DNA of 61,408 nucleotides, taken from the NCBI GenBank assembly GCA_001938485.1, contig MQRK01180317.1, forward strand, positions 89,499-150,906, written 5' to 3'. Shown here piece by piece: positions 13,959-28,602 of the stretch (the first letter of the stretch is position 1; the number at the start of each line of letters is the position of its first letter). The translations under genes were made by a program, and so were the position numbers. The notes under the pieces were generated by a model. The model was given only the letters and a program-made list of their open reading frames with translations. It made no database searches and had not been told where the DNA came from. Source of the DNA: Girardia tigrina (Eukaryota).

Positions 13959-14294
13959 TAATCACTGACTTTTTGCAGCTTATATATGAGAAAGGTGATT
14001 ATACAATCAATCATGTAATAAATGCTCTATTTGAAAATGTTTAACAGAGAAGTTGAGTGTGAAGCTTGGATCCATGGATCTTATTAATAAGGCCTCACAC
14101 GTTACTCTCTCCCAGTAATTTTTAAATCGATTACACAGAATTTAAAATCATTTTCTCCGATTTTCTTTTTCCATGGATCCAAAAATTAATATCCAAGCTT
14201 CACACTCAACTTCTCTGTTAAACATAGAGCATTTATTACATGATTGATTGCACAATCTCCATTCTCATATTTAAGCTGCAAAAAGCCAGTGTTA

Positions 14295-14342
14295 ATTTAG
14301 TCTGAAGATGGCGGGTAATCCGCCGAAATTAATTACGAAAAT
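14295..14342 (+). ncRNA. Minimal type I hammerhead ribozyme
   Basis: CUGAAGA (14302-14308), stem II GGCGG/CCGCC, GAAA (14325-14328), palindromic stem III. Confidence 0.85.
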
Positions 14343-15822
14343 AAATTGTGAAAAATGGCGTTCACTTTTTAATAATGAATATCAATTACCACTATTTTTT
14401 AAATTACTTAGGCATAATATTAATATTTTAAAAAAAATTATTCATAAATTAAGAAAGAAATAAAAATATTTATTTTTCTTGAAAAAATAATTATCAGAAT
14501 ATAATTTCATATTTTCAAACGACTTGTTCCATTGTTCATTTATTTTCATTGAATTTCTAATTTATTTTTCATTTAAAAAATTATAATTAAAATGTATTTT
14601 TTTAAACAAATAATTTTAAATGAATTTTTTTTCTTTTTATAAAATTACTTTGTAAATATATCTGCAGGTTAAATTAATTAATAATTAAATTTTCGATAAT
14701 TAAATTCTGAATTTCAAAGAAAAAAATTAACACAAAAATTTCAATAGAAATTCTATTATTGAAAATTAAATTTATTTGTGATAAAAATAAATCAATGAAC
14801 TAAATTTAATAAAATATTAATAAGTTTTCCATTTATGAAAATACAAAATTGATTTTATTACAATAATATATTGAAAATTATTTTTAATATCAAATTTTAT
14901 TTGTTAGAATAATAAAGTTTTTTTAAAAAATATTATATTAATTAATAATAAAAAAGCCTTGATTAAAGTTTAATTCTATTGTTGAAGTCTTTTGAACTCA
15001 ATAATTTTGTTAAACTATTTCACAAATATTAAAACAAAATTTTTTTAAATAAATAAAAAAAATTTTCTGTTATATTTTTTGTGAAGAAATATGAAGAATA
15101 AATTATAAAATATTATTATTTATGAATCAATTAATTTTATGAAAAAAAAGGCGTCAGTCTTCGATGTATTTTAATAATATTTTGATCAATTTATTTTTAA
15201 TTTTAATTTTAGAAGTAAACAAAATTTTAATTAAAATATATTTCACATTATTTTATCAATAAATATTTTTAAGAAGCTAAACAAAAAAAATATATTTTAC
15301 AAAAAATACAAAAGAAAATAATGAAAATCGCTTCCATTTTTATAAAAAAGTTAGAATAAGAAAAGCAGAAAAAAAATAAAATAATAATTTAAAAAATCAA
15401 ATGAAATTTAATTATAATTTTCTAAAGGATTTTTTTTCTTTTTATAAAAAAATATTATTAAAAATAATTTATTATTTATTATTTATTTTTTAAAAGAATA
15501 TTCTTATTTTGAAATAGTTAAAAATAAATAAAAAAAACGTCTGTGTAGATAGACTCAATTTTTTGACAGTTCAGATTAATTCGTTGATAAAATCAAATCG
15601 ACAATTAGTCAAAAGTAGCAGTAAAAATAATATTTTCTTTGGAATTATTTTATTTTGTTTATAAACGAAGACGTTTTTTATATAATTTATAGTATTTTCA
15701 ATAAGTGAATAAAGATTTCAATTAAAATTCACATTAAAAAACATAAAAATAGTTATAATTTAGCACTTTTCAACTTATTAACTGTTAATTTTCAGATCAA
15801 TAAAACATCGTTGGTTATTTAC

Positions 15823-16376
15823 TGTGAGGAATATTTTTGAAAGGTGCTTATTATATGTTGTTTGGTTTGTTGTTTTAGGATTGTGTTTCTCTCATTTAGA
15901 TGGAAGATTGATATTTTAAATATTTTAAAACGTTGGATTATTTAATCCATTATTCAAATTTAAACCACCAATTTTAAAATTAAATTAATATTTCATAAAT
16001 AATATTTTAATAATAATTTTCTTAAAATAAATAAATTTATTTTAATTTAAAGTATAAATTATTTTCGTAATAATTAAATTGTAATTTAAATTTATTCGAA
16101 TAATAGGACGTTAAAGAATATTATTAAAAAAAATATCAATCAAGAACGATGACGAGCTACTCATGCTTTACGGAGAATTGTTCTGGTGACAATTCAAATT
16201 GTGATGCAAATAAATGTATTGAAAATTCAATTAATGTTCTTAATATTAAGGATACATTAACAAAATTTTATCAATTTAGCGAGATGTCAAATTACGAAAG
16301 CTTTACTGACATTCCTAAAAACAATTCAAACTGTGATAAAAATAAATGTGTGAAAACCATATTCGTGTTCTTAATA
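15823..16376 (+). mobile_element. Solo-LTR-like element (TGTGAGG...TTAATA family), copy 2, with duplicated 3' end
   Basis: Starts TGTGAGGAAT. The terminal ATG...GTTCTTAATA block occurs twice (ending 16245 and 16376). No matching TSD. Confidence 0.7.
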
Positions 16377-17144
16377 TTCAGGATTGATATTAAAATATAA
16401 ACAGGCTTTCCAGAAAGTCTTTAATGAAGTTTTGTAGAAAATAGAAAAATGAATTTGACACGCTACTATATTCGGATTGCGATTTTATTGTTTGGAAATG
16501 AATATTTGAAGACATATCCAAGAACTCTGACTGATCAATTTCAAAACACTGTACGACACTGTTAAAACTTTATAGAAGGCAAGAAAAAACAATGAGACGA
16601 AATATAAGAAGCTGAAAGAAGAGATCAAAAAGCAGCATGAAAGATTGACAGTTTGACTGAATACTATTGTGATGGGTTACTTGGGTTCCTGCCCGAGTGA
16701 AAACGAAACAATTCTCAAAACGTCAAAGCTCTCAGAGACGACAACAAAGAATCTAAGACGCATGTGTATTGTCTCCAATCTCAAGTATTATACTTTGACA
16801 TGGAGCAAACACAACACCGATCACTGGAATCCCCTCATGTCATATGCAGCGACTGATGCTCCTGTAACGGTCGCGGCAGATGCACCAGCAGCATGGTAGG
16901 AAGAAGAAATGAGTAATGCACTCCAATGAGCTACTCTAGCTCGGTGTGTTCCCCTGTTATCCGAAGATAACTCTAAGTATTCCTAACAGGAATGTTTTTT
17001 TAATTATAAAACTTTTGAAATTATTTAAAATTTCGAAGTTGTAAAATAAAAAATTTAATTTGGTTAATGTTTTAAAAGTAAAATTAATCAGATCACTACA
17101 AGTATAAAATGCTTAAAAAATATTGAAAAAATTGAAATAAAAAC

Positions 17145-17185
17145 TAAACAATTTCGACAGATCATCCGTTATCATCAGACTAAAC
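17145..17185 (-). ncRNA. Degenerate hammerhead ribozyme in a Penelope pLTR remnant
   Basis: CUGAUGA-UAACGGA-UGA-UCUGUC-GAAA. Confidence 0.6.
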
Positions 17186-17344
17186 TAACAATGACTAACA
17201 TATTCGCGTTTATATATCAAAACAATGTTTTTTGTAAAAAAAATTATTACATTAAATCATAAAATTATTTTCAATAAAGTTGAAGATGGTGTTTGCACAT
17301 TGATTTTAGATTTATAGATAGATTTGAGATTTAATAATTAAATT

Positions 17345-18400
17345 TTTATTAAAAACTTAACGACATTTTTCAAAATTTATATTTGTAATTAATTTCGGCG
17401 GATTACCCGCCATCTTCAGACTAAATAATCACTGACTTTTTGCAACTTATATATGAGAAAGGTGATTTTGCAATCAATCATGTAATAAATGCTCTATTTG
17501 AAAATGTTTAACAGAGAAGTTGAGTGTGAAGCTTGAATATTAATTTTTGGATCCATGGATCTTATTAATAAGGCCTCACACGTTACTCTCTCCCAGTAAT
17601 TTTTAAATTGATTACACAGAACTTGAAAACCATTTTCTCCAATTTTCTTTTTACATTTTTAATTATGTTCGGTAATATTGCTCCCATTATACAACCTACT
17701 ATGCTCTTTGATCCGTTTGCAGAGATGACGAGATGTCTCTCCAATGTATGTGGCGTTACACCCATTACATGTATATTTATAAATAAGATCGGAGCACAAA
17801 CCGAGAGGAGTGGGAGATTAATTACTGATCATATCACGAATTTTATATGATTGGGAAATAATTTTTAGATTCATGGTATTTGGGATCAAACTTTTCAAAA
17901 TCGATGATTTTAAATGTTTAAAGCCATCTGAATAAGGAATCGATAAGATATACCTTGATTCAAGTGGGCTATATAAATTTTTTTACGAATAAAGTTTCTA
18001 AGTTTAAAACTGTATTTTGGACATCAAATTGAAAAACACCAAATAATTTACGAAAATTTATTAGTTTTTTATTCTGTGAATCGATTTTATTTTTTAAAAG
18101 ATAGATACATCAATAGAAACCTTAGAACATATATCAATTCAAAAATCATCACTTACATCATACAAAGCCGCATGAACCAATGCAAATTCATTCACAATTT
18201 TATTCCGTAAGAATTTTCAAATAGAGCATTTATTACATGATTGATTGCATGATCACATTCTCATATTTAAGCTGCTAAAAGCCAGTGTTGATACAGTCTG
18301 AAGATGGCGGGTAATCCGCCGAAATTAATTACGAAAATAAATTTTGAAAAATTGCGTTCAGTTTTTAATAAAGAATATAAATTGCCATTATTTTTTACAT
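17345..18400 (-). mobile_element. 5'-truncated Penelope-like element with inverted pLTR (18215-18400, plus); hammerheads at ~17383-17425 (-) and ~18293-18338 (+)
   Basis: LIYKYTCNGCNATYIGETSRHLCKRIKEH; pLTR sequence near-identical to 13883-14404. Confidence 0.88.
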
Positions 18401-21135
18401 TCCTTAATTAATTTGTTTAAATAATCCGATATTAAATTATCAATTAGGACCCGTGGACCAAAAAGACTATTAAGAAGATTAAGACCCTTTACCCATTTCA
18501 TTGGAACCCTTCGCTTGATAAAATTAATTTTTAAAATTAAATATTGTTAATGAGTAAACTATTTTTCATTTGTTTGTTCACTATTTTTAGTTTGTTTTAT
18601 TATTTCTTATCTAATTGATCAAATATATTTAATGAATGTTTTTTTCTGATAATTTCTAACAAAAATTCTTTTTGTAATTAATATAATCTTTTGTTTTTTA
18701 AATTACAATTATAATTCTAAATATAAGAATGAATATTTTACTCCTCTCTTTTGCATATTACTTTCACTCGGTTGCGTTCTAATTGATGGAAAACTCTATC
18801 TAAAATGACACAATAATCTATAATGATCTCGAGAGCTCTGATTTTGACAATAAATATTTTTTAATAATTTGAGCTTATTAAGATTCATTAGCAATTAGAC
18901 ATTTTGTTGAGAGAAAATTTATGAAGGATGTTGTTCGGAGGAAACTCGACTTTATCATATTTTATTCTCTCACTCATGTTTTTCTTAGATGTCTTTTGAA
19001 CGTTTTTATGAATGTTGTTTCATGCATGAAAGAAATAAAAATCGTTCAAAGAAATATAAATTATAATTAAAAACACATTTGCGGATGATTAACAGAAATT
19101 CTGTTTTTCATATGGCATCGGTGGGGGTCGTCTTTGGTTAGATTGGTGATTGTAATTTTATTCACAAAAAAATGTTTTTTCTTTATTTTGAATACAAAAT
19201 ATAAAATTAAGAATTTATTACTCAGATGAAAAGTTCTCTTTTTCTAGCCTTATCTAGTCAGACCTTGTTCTTAAAAAACCTTAAAATTCACGATAATGAA
19301 GTTTTCCCTCTTAAAAACTGTGAATAATTTTATCGGAGTACTTGGTGGTGAACAGTAACGCGATCGCCGTACCGTTGAGTCGATCGGAGAGCATAACGGT
19401 CCATCACCGTTAGAGCTATTGCAGATTTTCAGTGTCAACATCACTTGGGATTTTTGGATTTTGGATATTTTGATTATTTGCTAGCGTTCTGCAAAATTTT
19501 TAAGAAATGTGGGGTTAAGAAAGGAATAAATGAAGAATACGATACTTGATACATTTTCGACGAAAAAAATATTTGGAACAAATCTTAACACTCACAAATA
19601 AATTTCGTAACAGGTTCAGCTATTCTTCCCTAATTATTTAGACCGACCAGATTTTTTATTATAAAAAAATGATTAGGGACCCTTCTTTTCATGATGTTAC
19701 ACCTTATCGCGCTTCGATTATCAAACAAACTGTGATGAATTTTACATAATATAAAATAAATATTTTAAACTGAAAGTTAAATTAAAATTTAAAATAAAAT
19801 GAAAAGTTAATAATTTTTAAACAAATACAATATAAATAAATATTGAGTCTTGAGAACTTTAATTTAATATTGTTAAAAAATCATTTTGTTAAAGCTTTTT
19901 TATATAAATCCTGTTTCGGAATATTCTCCATCATCTGCAAAGAAAGACGCATTTGAGAAGTAATTCGCTAATGAAAGCGGTAATATCATATTTGTGGACA
20001 TTGTGCTAAAAGTCTTGATGCTCATGATTTTATACTGAAAAATATAACTGGAAGGAAGCATGAAGATGCTGTCTCCAAAATATATCAAGTTTATGTTTTA
20101 GGATAATGCATTAATTCACAAAAGTTTTCAAACAAAGAACGTAATTTCTGAGATCACAATCTTGGGCCTAATGACTTTTACTTCTTCAGACAATGTAAAA
20201 GATATTTTTGAGGAGAAAGTCTGAAAATTGTTCCTTTGGTTTTTATCAAACAGTCCAAAAAGTTCTTCGAAGATCAGATTTTAAATTAGTAGGATGCTAG
20301 AAGAAGTGTACACTGAAGCATGGATCTTACATTGAAAAATACTTATTTTATATCCTAAAACAATTTTGTATTTTCTTATTGTTGTATTTTTAATAATATT
20401 TCTAGTATAGGTAAAGTTTTGAAAACAAATAATTATTTATGTCAAAAATATCACAATAGATTGCATTATCGTGTAAACAAAACAAATTTTTTATATTGTT
20501 GATCAAAAGAAGGAAGATTATTTTCTGAATTTATGAGAAAAATTATTTTTAAAGAAAACTTTGAAAATCTTCTTTTAATTTGACAAAAAAATTAGGAAAA
20601 TAATTTAAATTCCAAATCCAAAAATAAAGACATAAATAAATAAATTAATACAAAACATACTTTAAAGAATCGTGTTTAAATAACATGAACTTAAATTTTA
20701 AAAAATAAAATAAATGATAAATATAAAAAGGTGCAGTCCATTGGAATGGAAAAGTTAAGCGGCAAAAAATATTTTGTTTTAATGGCGTCGTAAATATTAT
20801 GGCTTGATATTATTATTTATTTTTTTCAGTACAGAAAGGAGAGACAAATTTGTATAGAAACCACTCGACAAATAATTAATTTATATTTTTATGCCTTTTT
20901 ATTTAACTATTAAAATATAAATAAATTATTATCGATTTGTTGATAATTTCATGGATATTATTTATATTAAACATCGTTGTATATTCTTCTGTGTCTTGAA
21001 ATATAACTTACTAATATTATTAAAGTTCAATAAAAATTTATAAAATAAAAAAATATTTATTAAATAAAATTATTACATTATTGATAAAGGATTTTAATTA
21101 TCTTCATATTTGTTATTCTATTATATTATATATAT

Positions 21136-23410
21136 CAATGGCGAATCCAGGGGTGTGGCTGAGGTGGCTAACCACCCCCTCTTGTTTTTTTTCATAAAAA
21201 CAGGTTAACCTTTTTGCATCATAAATAAACGAACAAAAAGGAATGTAAGGAAGTGTGCTGAGAAAATCTGTTTTATTGTTTACATAAATATTGATTCAAG
21301 ACAAGAAATAAACGTCAACTTCATTGTGGAATCCTAAAACAAAACCAATTGTGCTTAGCGTGTGATGCCGGTATTATTACAATGGGTGCTTTTACTAATA
21401 GGCAAACCTAAGCAACTGTTTAGGGGCGCCAATCAAAAAAGGGCACTTAATTTTTTTTCGAAAATTTTATCACATAAGTAACTGTTCCGCAGAATGCAGT
21501 TTTTCATTTTTGAAAAGATTAAAAACATATTTAAGATCAACTATAAAAGAACAACGCTTAAATGCTTTATCGATTTTATGATTAGAAATAGATTTTACGT
21601 TAAATTTAGATTCTTCCGAAATAATTGATGATTTTAGTGGAACAAAATCAACATAAAAATTTTAATATGTTAAAGAAAGTAAAGGAAAAGAATTTTTTTC
21701 AAATAAATTAACAAAAATCACCAAAAATAATAAGTTTTTTCCATTCTTTTTATTAGCTTACTTTCTTTATATGTATGTGTATATATGTATCCATGGAATT
21801 TAAAAACCTACTTTTAAAGGCTCTTTACTCAATCAATTTTCTCCAAACTTTAATAATGCATCTGTACATCTATTGTCCCATGCATTATATTTAAATTTTC
21901 CTCTTGCTTCACTCTCAATTTATCGAAATTTCTGACGAAAAATGGGTCATATTATTTTCAAAAAAATGAAAAGATAGTTTTCTGACATTTAGGTAATGAT
22001 AAAAATGGTATTTAATAAAAATGTTTTATTCCTTTTGTTTTTATTTTTTGTTTTAGCATGTCCAGGTGTCCACCAAACAAGCGTCTTAAACAGTTGTGTC
22101 TTAGTTTCGTACGTATTTCCTCTACAGCTCTGCAAAACAATCATTCTGGCGACTGTTTGAGTGTCAGTATCCCACTTCATCAATCAATAGGTCTTTTTGA
22201 GACAAGTTTATCATCTGTATTACATGATACTATAGTGAATGTCTCCTTAGTAGATTCAGAGTGTGTCTTACAACAGCCATTAGATTTTGTTAATTGCACT
22301 GACATAACTTCAATTCTTGATGAAAGTATTCTTCGAAAAACGAGTGATTAAGAAAAAAAGAACTTCTTAAAAAAATTGTTGGAAACCATTAGTTTCAAAT
22401 TTCAAATTTGAAAGGAAAAGCTTCCCAATTCGCGAAGGTATGGCTAAAATTATTTCTTTTCAATCAAAATGGCTTGATAATTACAAATTATCACATACAT
22501 TAATCAAAATGGTTTAAAGGGTGGACGGTGTCTTCCGTGTGTATTATTCTTGAGCATTTCTGAAAAAGAGAAGTTAGTTTCTTTTGTCAAAACACCCTTT
22601 TCAAACTATTACAAATCAAAGGAACTTATATGGCCACGAATCAAAAACTTATCATTAAATGACAATGAAATGATTTTCAACTACTAAAGCACACTTAGAT
22701 AATCCAGCATTGCGTATCGACTCAGCAATTAATTCATTGATTGCTGAAAATATAGAAAAAATCAAAAGTTGTTTCCAACAATTATCGAAACTGTCATGTA
22801 TTGTGCACGCAAAGAAATTTCAATGTGAGGCCATCGAGATGAAAACGCTCAATTTGCCGAAAATCCGTCAACAAATGAAGGTAATTTTATTGCCTTGCTC
22901 TATCTTTTAGCAAAGCAAAATGGTATTTTAAAGCTTCACGTACGTAATGGACCAAAATACCATATACACCAGCAAAATTATACAAAGCAAGATTATAAAC
23001 ATTGCTACAAACCTCATTTGTGACTATTTTCGTAAGTGTCTAAAGGCTTGTCCACACTTTACAATAATTGCAGATGAGACAAACTCACATGGCCGAGAAA
23101 TTATTTCAGTCTGTATTCGTTTCCTTGACACATTTCAAGAAAAGCCTAGAAAAATTGCAAATTTGTTCATTGCGTTACATCCACGTAAGATGCAAGCGCA
23201 ATCACATTTTTTATGACTGAGTTTTGTAGTTTCTATTTAACAAGTGCTTCTATAAATATACTGTGTGATTTGAAGTTTCTTATCTACGAAACATGGAACA
23301 TACTCTTAATTTCGTAAAAGTAAATGCTAAAATATTTCAACGTAAAATAAAACTTGTTTCAAATCGTAGCCACCCCCCTTTCAAAATCCTGGATCCGCCN
23401 NNNNNNNNNN

Positions 23411-23412
<2 letters not shown>
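21136..23412 (+). mobile_element. hAT transposon (ZMYM/TTF-type transposase, deleted and decayed)
   Basis: TIRs CAATGGCGAATCCAGG / CCTGGATCCGCC(N). Motifs CLPCVLF, YTSKIIQSKII, FTIIADETNSHGREIISVCIRF. Flanked by (TA)n. Confidence 0.85.
21365..21670 (+). pseudogene. Nested second hAT fragment (C-terminal dimerisation domain)
   Basis: ISNCSAECSFSFLKRLKTYLRSTIKEQRLNALSIL at 21474-21578, out of order relative to the surrounding element. Confidence 0.75.
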
Positions 23413-23458
<46 letters not shown>

Positions 23459-25129
23459 TGCTCGAAACGCGTCGTCTTCTTTTTATTTTTTGTATACAGA
23501 TTTTACTTTTCAATGCTTATATTTCGACGATAAAATCAATAATTTTGGGAACGATTTAGAAAGAACGAAGATATTCAAAACAAAATCTATGTTGTTGGTG
23601 TGTGATTGTCCTGTTATTGTTATACTGATTGTCGCTAGTCTCAAACCTGGGACAGTTGAGAACACACTATTTTCTCAGATTGACATTTTTTCAGACTCGT
23701 CAGCTGATTTTCATTGATTAAATTTCATATTGTTTTTGGTTTTATGTGAAAAAAAATTAAGAAAATAACATTAAGGGTGAGAAGTTGCATCTTAATTATT
23801 TCTTTTTAGTTGGTTGTCAATTGTAATATTTATATTGCCTCCATTACCTTCTAAAATACGAAATGATAGAGTAAACGTATCGTTTTCTCAAAAGGTAATC
23901 GATAGCTGCCAAAGATTGATTTGCGGAAATGGTCTTCATCGCGTTTATTGTACTTTTACCTAATTGTTAAATAAAAAGAAATAAATTGCTTTTCATCCAA
24001 TAATTTATAGGTTAATTGTTTTTTATTGTTATTTTATAGTTCCGTCTTCACATAGTCCAAGAGACTCCTGATACAAAAGAGTCATAGGGGCACTGGGTCC
24101 ATTTTTGAAATAATTCTGAGTTCATTTTTTAACTCATTTCATTTTGCTCTGAATTCTTTCTAAATTTGGTTTTGAAAATATTTGGTATTCGGAAATCACA
24201 AAATAATAAAAAAATGAAATCCCGTAATTTCAGTAATTTGATATTCGAATAAAACAAAGAAATCGTGAAAACGTCTTTTAGTAACAAAAATTAGTTTATC
24301 GGAAAAAAGTCAATAAATCAGAACATAACTTTTGAAATTAATATTTAATTCTCGTCCACAAAAGATAATCAGTGATAAAAACTTTTGCCCCTCGCTGGAA
24401 CAGTAATACTCACTCTCAGATTTTCTTCAATATTAGAACTTGAAATCATGATCGTACAAACTTTTATTCTTTGAAAAATTTTGAATTCAAAATACTTTAA
24501 TTATTGTATTGAATATATTTTTTTCAAGTGAAGTATTCTTAAAATAATACACAAATTCTTTTTGTGGTTCTATAGTTAAATAAAATTATTAAATATTTTT
24601 AAATATGAAATATAAAATCGAAAAATTTCATTTAAGAAACAAGTGACGCAAAAAGTTGTAGAATATATACTGAGATATCGTTATATAATTTTGTAATTAT
24701 TGTTCTATTTTTTATAATTTTTTAATGTATTACTGGAGATAATTATATTTTATCTATTTGTTATTGAATTTTTTTTGAGAATTATTAATCAGAAAAAATA
24801 ATAAATATGTATAAAAAATATATTTTTAATTTTAATTTTAGTTTAATAAGAGAATAAAATAAATATAATAAGGGAAATTATTTTTTTATTTATTGAGACA
24901 AAATCAATAGTGTTAATTATCGAAATTTGCGAGAATTTACTTTAAGTTAGAAAAAAATTATTTATAATGTAAACATTCTTTTAAATATATTTATTAAATA
25001 AAATAATGAAAAACATATTACATTTTTAATATTTTAATTTAAAAAATATAAACTGTTTTATTACGGAAAATTACAAAGTTAAATTTTTAAATTTTATTAA
25101 TTAATTTTCAATATTAATTTATAAAGGAA

Positions 25130-25900
25130 TTAATTTAATAAAGGAAACAGTAGATAAAATACCTTTGAAAGATTTTACGAAAAATCAGAGTTTGGCTTCT
25201 CCTGATGGATCTAAGAAAGAAGTCGAAGGATCATTAGATATTAATAATATACCTAAATATTGTTTCATTGTACCTTATTCTGAAGGATTTAAAAACTTTA
25301 AAAATGCATTGTTAAAAGCAACTAACAATGAATTAAATTTGAAAATTATATCACGATCTCATAAAATTCAAAATATGTTCAGTAATAAATCTATTACACC
25401 TTTAACACTTTGTTCTGATATTGTTTATGAATATAAATGTTATGGGTGCAATACCACATACATTGGAGAGACTGCCCGTCATCTCTGTAAACGAATTCAA
25501 GAACATGGTCGAAAAGAGAGTAAGAGTAATATTGCAGAACATAGGAAAAAATGTACATGTGATGTTAATTTTGATAATTTCAAAATTCTGTGTAAGCATT
25601 TTGATAGATATTGGGAGAGTGTCGTGTGAAGCATTGTTAATTAGGTCACGTTGCCCTAAAATCAATGTTCAATCGGCAGTCTCAACCAGCTTATTGAGAA
25701 TTTTTGATTAGCATGATTTCATGCAATCGATTACATAATCATCATTTTTGTATTTATATACAGGTGAATTGATTATTAATTAGTGACCTGAAGATGACGG
25801 TAGATCCGTCGAAATATATTGCCTTGAAATATATTTTTAAATGGATGAGTGTTGTTATTAAAAGAAGATTTTCGTCCGGATTTTGTTTTATCAAAAATCA
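25130..25900 (+). mobile_element. Penelope-like element 3' part (GIY-YIG) with pLTR
   Basis: ORF 25165-25629: VPYSEG..IVYEYKCYGCNTTYIGETARHLCKRIQEH..NFKIL, frameshifting to EALLIRSRCPKINVQ. Confidence 0.92.
25781..25824 (+). ncRNA. Minimal type I hammerhead ribozyme
   Basis: CUGAAGA (25788-25794), GACGG/CCGUC, GAAA, palindromic AUAUAU. Confidence 0.82.
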
Positions 25901-26099
25901 TAATGTTTATTGAATTTAATTGTCAACGGAAAGTTTTATTAAAAATAATTATTTATTGAATATTTTAAAATCAAGTTCTAAAATAAAAATCATAATGTTT
26001 TATTGAATTTAATTGTCAAGGAAAATTCTCATTAAATAATAATTTATTATTGAATTTTAAAATTAAAGAAAAATTATTTAGGAATTGAATTTTTACAGG

Positions 26100-26800
26100 A
26101 CATTTCCATTAAAATAATTTTAAAGATCTAAATTTATATTTCAAATTAATAAACATTGTAAAAATTAATGAAGAAAAACAAAATAGGATTTATGCAAAAT
26201 TGAATATTAGAATATAATAATAATACATCGATATTATTATTTATATTGAGAATTTGAGAATCTGGTTTATGTAACTGAAATATTGTTCCTCATAAATTTA
26301 TTTGAATAATGAAAGTTGTATTAGAAATAAAGTTTGCAAATATTGACTTTGGATTTCAATCACGAACTCAATACTTAATATTCTTAGAAAACGTTTCAAA
26401 AATAACATACCCAAAAAGGAAAATAGAGAGTAACATAAGGCTTATGTTGGACAGAGACTACGCTAACGAGACCAAGATGGAAGATGAAGGGGAGCGCATC
26501 AACATTTTAAAAGTACCACATAAAGAAGGATTCTGAAGATTTAAGAATAATTTATAAAAATATCGATAATGTTAAAGTAGTTTTAGATAAACATGGTGGA
26601 AGCTAATAATTTGTGAAAATTCCATTGTCATGGGTTTAAAAACTCGTACATTCTAGAGATAAATAGTCATTCTAAAACAAAAATTAGTGAAAGCTCACAG
26701 TCGAATAAATCGAATAAGATTGTTGATCATTGTAAATGTTGCTTATTAAATTTCAGAAGACGAGTTTTCTATTCTTCGGGTGAATTTCGAATCAGATTAC
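26100..26800 (+). mobile_element. Highly decayed Penelope-like fragment
   Basis: LKVPHKEGF, HCHG..NSYI.EINSH, DEFSIL remnants homologous to 34740-35720. Confidence 0.6.
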
Positions 26801-26964
26801 AAGAGGTCGTATTATAAAATTAATCGTAAAATAATTAATAACTAAAATAATCCTTATTATCCAGTAAAATTGTACTATAACGAGTGCTTTAAAACATCTA
26901 TTCATATATAATAATTTATATTATTATTTTTCTTTGATTTTGTAACCTTTTCTTTTCATTTCAG

Positions 26965-27372
26965 TCCTTTGATAGTGGAAAAAAGAAGATTAACGACCTG
27001 TATCGAATAGAAAATATTTTTGAGCTCAATCCTGATTTTCGGTCAAATCATTACGACGTGAGAATGAGAGAAAACAGATATAAAGATGAGGAATTCAACG
27101 AAATTCACGGGCGATTCCATCAGGAAAGATTTATACAACACAGAAATTCAGATAGTTATGACGACGATTCTGGCTTTGGATGGAGTTTAGAGAACTTTTA
27201 TGTTGATGAATACGAAACTGAGAAGCCACTGACAGACGTCAATTGTAATGGCAAAGAAGATGTATACAATTATTTCGTAAAAGAAGAGGAAAATAATGAC
27301 ACATATAATGAGAACAACAGCAATGAAAATATGGAACTGTCAGAACAATATTCCTACGAGCCGTGTGATGAT
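26965..27372 (+). CDS. Candidate host exon, acidic/Asn-rich, unidentified
   Basis: Polypyrimidine tract + CAG acceptor (TTTTCATTTCAG), 136 open codons (SFDSGKKK...EPCDD), donor GTCAGT. Possible next acceptor at 27773. Confidence 0.4.
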
Positions 27373-28602
27373 GTCAGTTTAGTTATTTTTTATAATTTTT
27401 AATTATAATTAAGTTATAAATTTTTATCATATTGATAAGTTTTGAAAATTTTTATTATTGGAAGATTATTTTCTAAAAGAATAGTGGTATTTATTATTTA
27501 TTTATTCTTTAATTAAAATTAGCTTTAAAAAAGTTTTAAAATAACTATTTTATAATCAACATAATTTATGAAAGTTTTATTAAGGGTATTACGATTATCA
27601 AATGTCATAAAAATGTAATATTTATTATTCTCAATAAAGATAAACTTTAACATTGCAAAAAAACATCTTTAAAAATAAATTCAAAAATTTAATTCAAAAA
27701 AAGCTGTTTTTTTTCAATTACTGTACTTAAACGTTTATTCTTTCATTTTTCGAAAACTTACTTTTATATACAGTTCCAATGATAAAAGCAATGCTGTAAC
27801 ACTTATATTTAAATTATGGACAAGCCTCCATCGACTGTAACGGATACCTGTGTATACATAGTAAACTACGGAACTCAGCACTGGCGCACAGGGTAGGGCA
27901 TCATAGACTACATATCGGTCGGAATCGAAGCTTCGTTACGATCCACTGAATTCAAATATTTATAAGTTGAAAACAATGAGTTAGTGAAAAGTTTAATATT
28001 TTCTTTCATTTTTTCTGTTTTCAGTCGTTTTTATAAATAAAGTTTTAAAATATGGTTCAATAACCTTTTATCAAACATTTCTAGAGTTTGGCGTTCAGCT
28101 TAGTTATCCTGCTGAAGTACCCATTTAGAATGGAAGAAAACTAAATAAACTTCTTCTAAATTTTAAAAACTCTAAAATTATTCTCCGATGATGGAAATGT
28201 TTCTCTTCGTCTCTCCTTTTATTAACAAAGTTAAATCTGCAAAACTAAAATATTGTAGAATTTTCATCAAGGGTTATTTATGAATTTCTGTTAACAGAAA
28301 AGCATTAATTTAGGATGAGATTCAGTATTAATAAACATAAGTACAAGTACAACAACGAGGAGAAAATAAATTCAATTCACCAAATGATTTATAAAAATTT
28401 TTAATGTGAAATTTTAACAAAAATTAAATAAATATTTGTAAACTTTTGCTTCAATTATTATTTTTTTTAAATTAAAAGGACGATATGTCAAAGTAATTAA
28501 ATCAAAAAAAAAGAATAAAGGAAGGTAGAAGAAAGACATTGAAATTTTCCACCCGTCAATATGAAATTTATAATTATCATTTAATTATAATTATCATAAT
28601 TT

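Larger units (their letters stand above)
13883..14404. mobile_element. Inverted pair of Penelope pseudo-LTRs inserted in an older Penelope copy
   Basis: 13883-14160 (minus) and 14170-14404 (plus) are reverse complements over ~200 bp. Flanked by the 14-bp duplication TACTTAGGCATAAT (13869-13882, 14405-14418). Confidence 0.85.

Noticed and set aside
19880-20340. Possible hAT transposase remnant on the minus strand
   Set aside because: Too decayed; no diagnostic motif or TIR pair confirmed.
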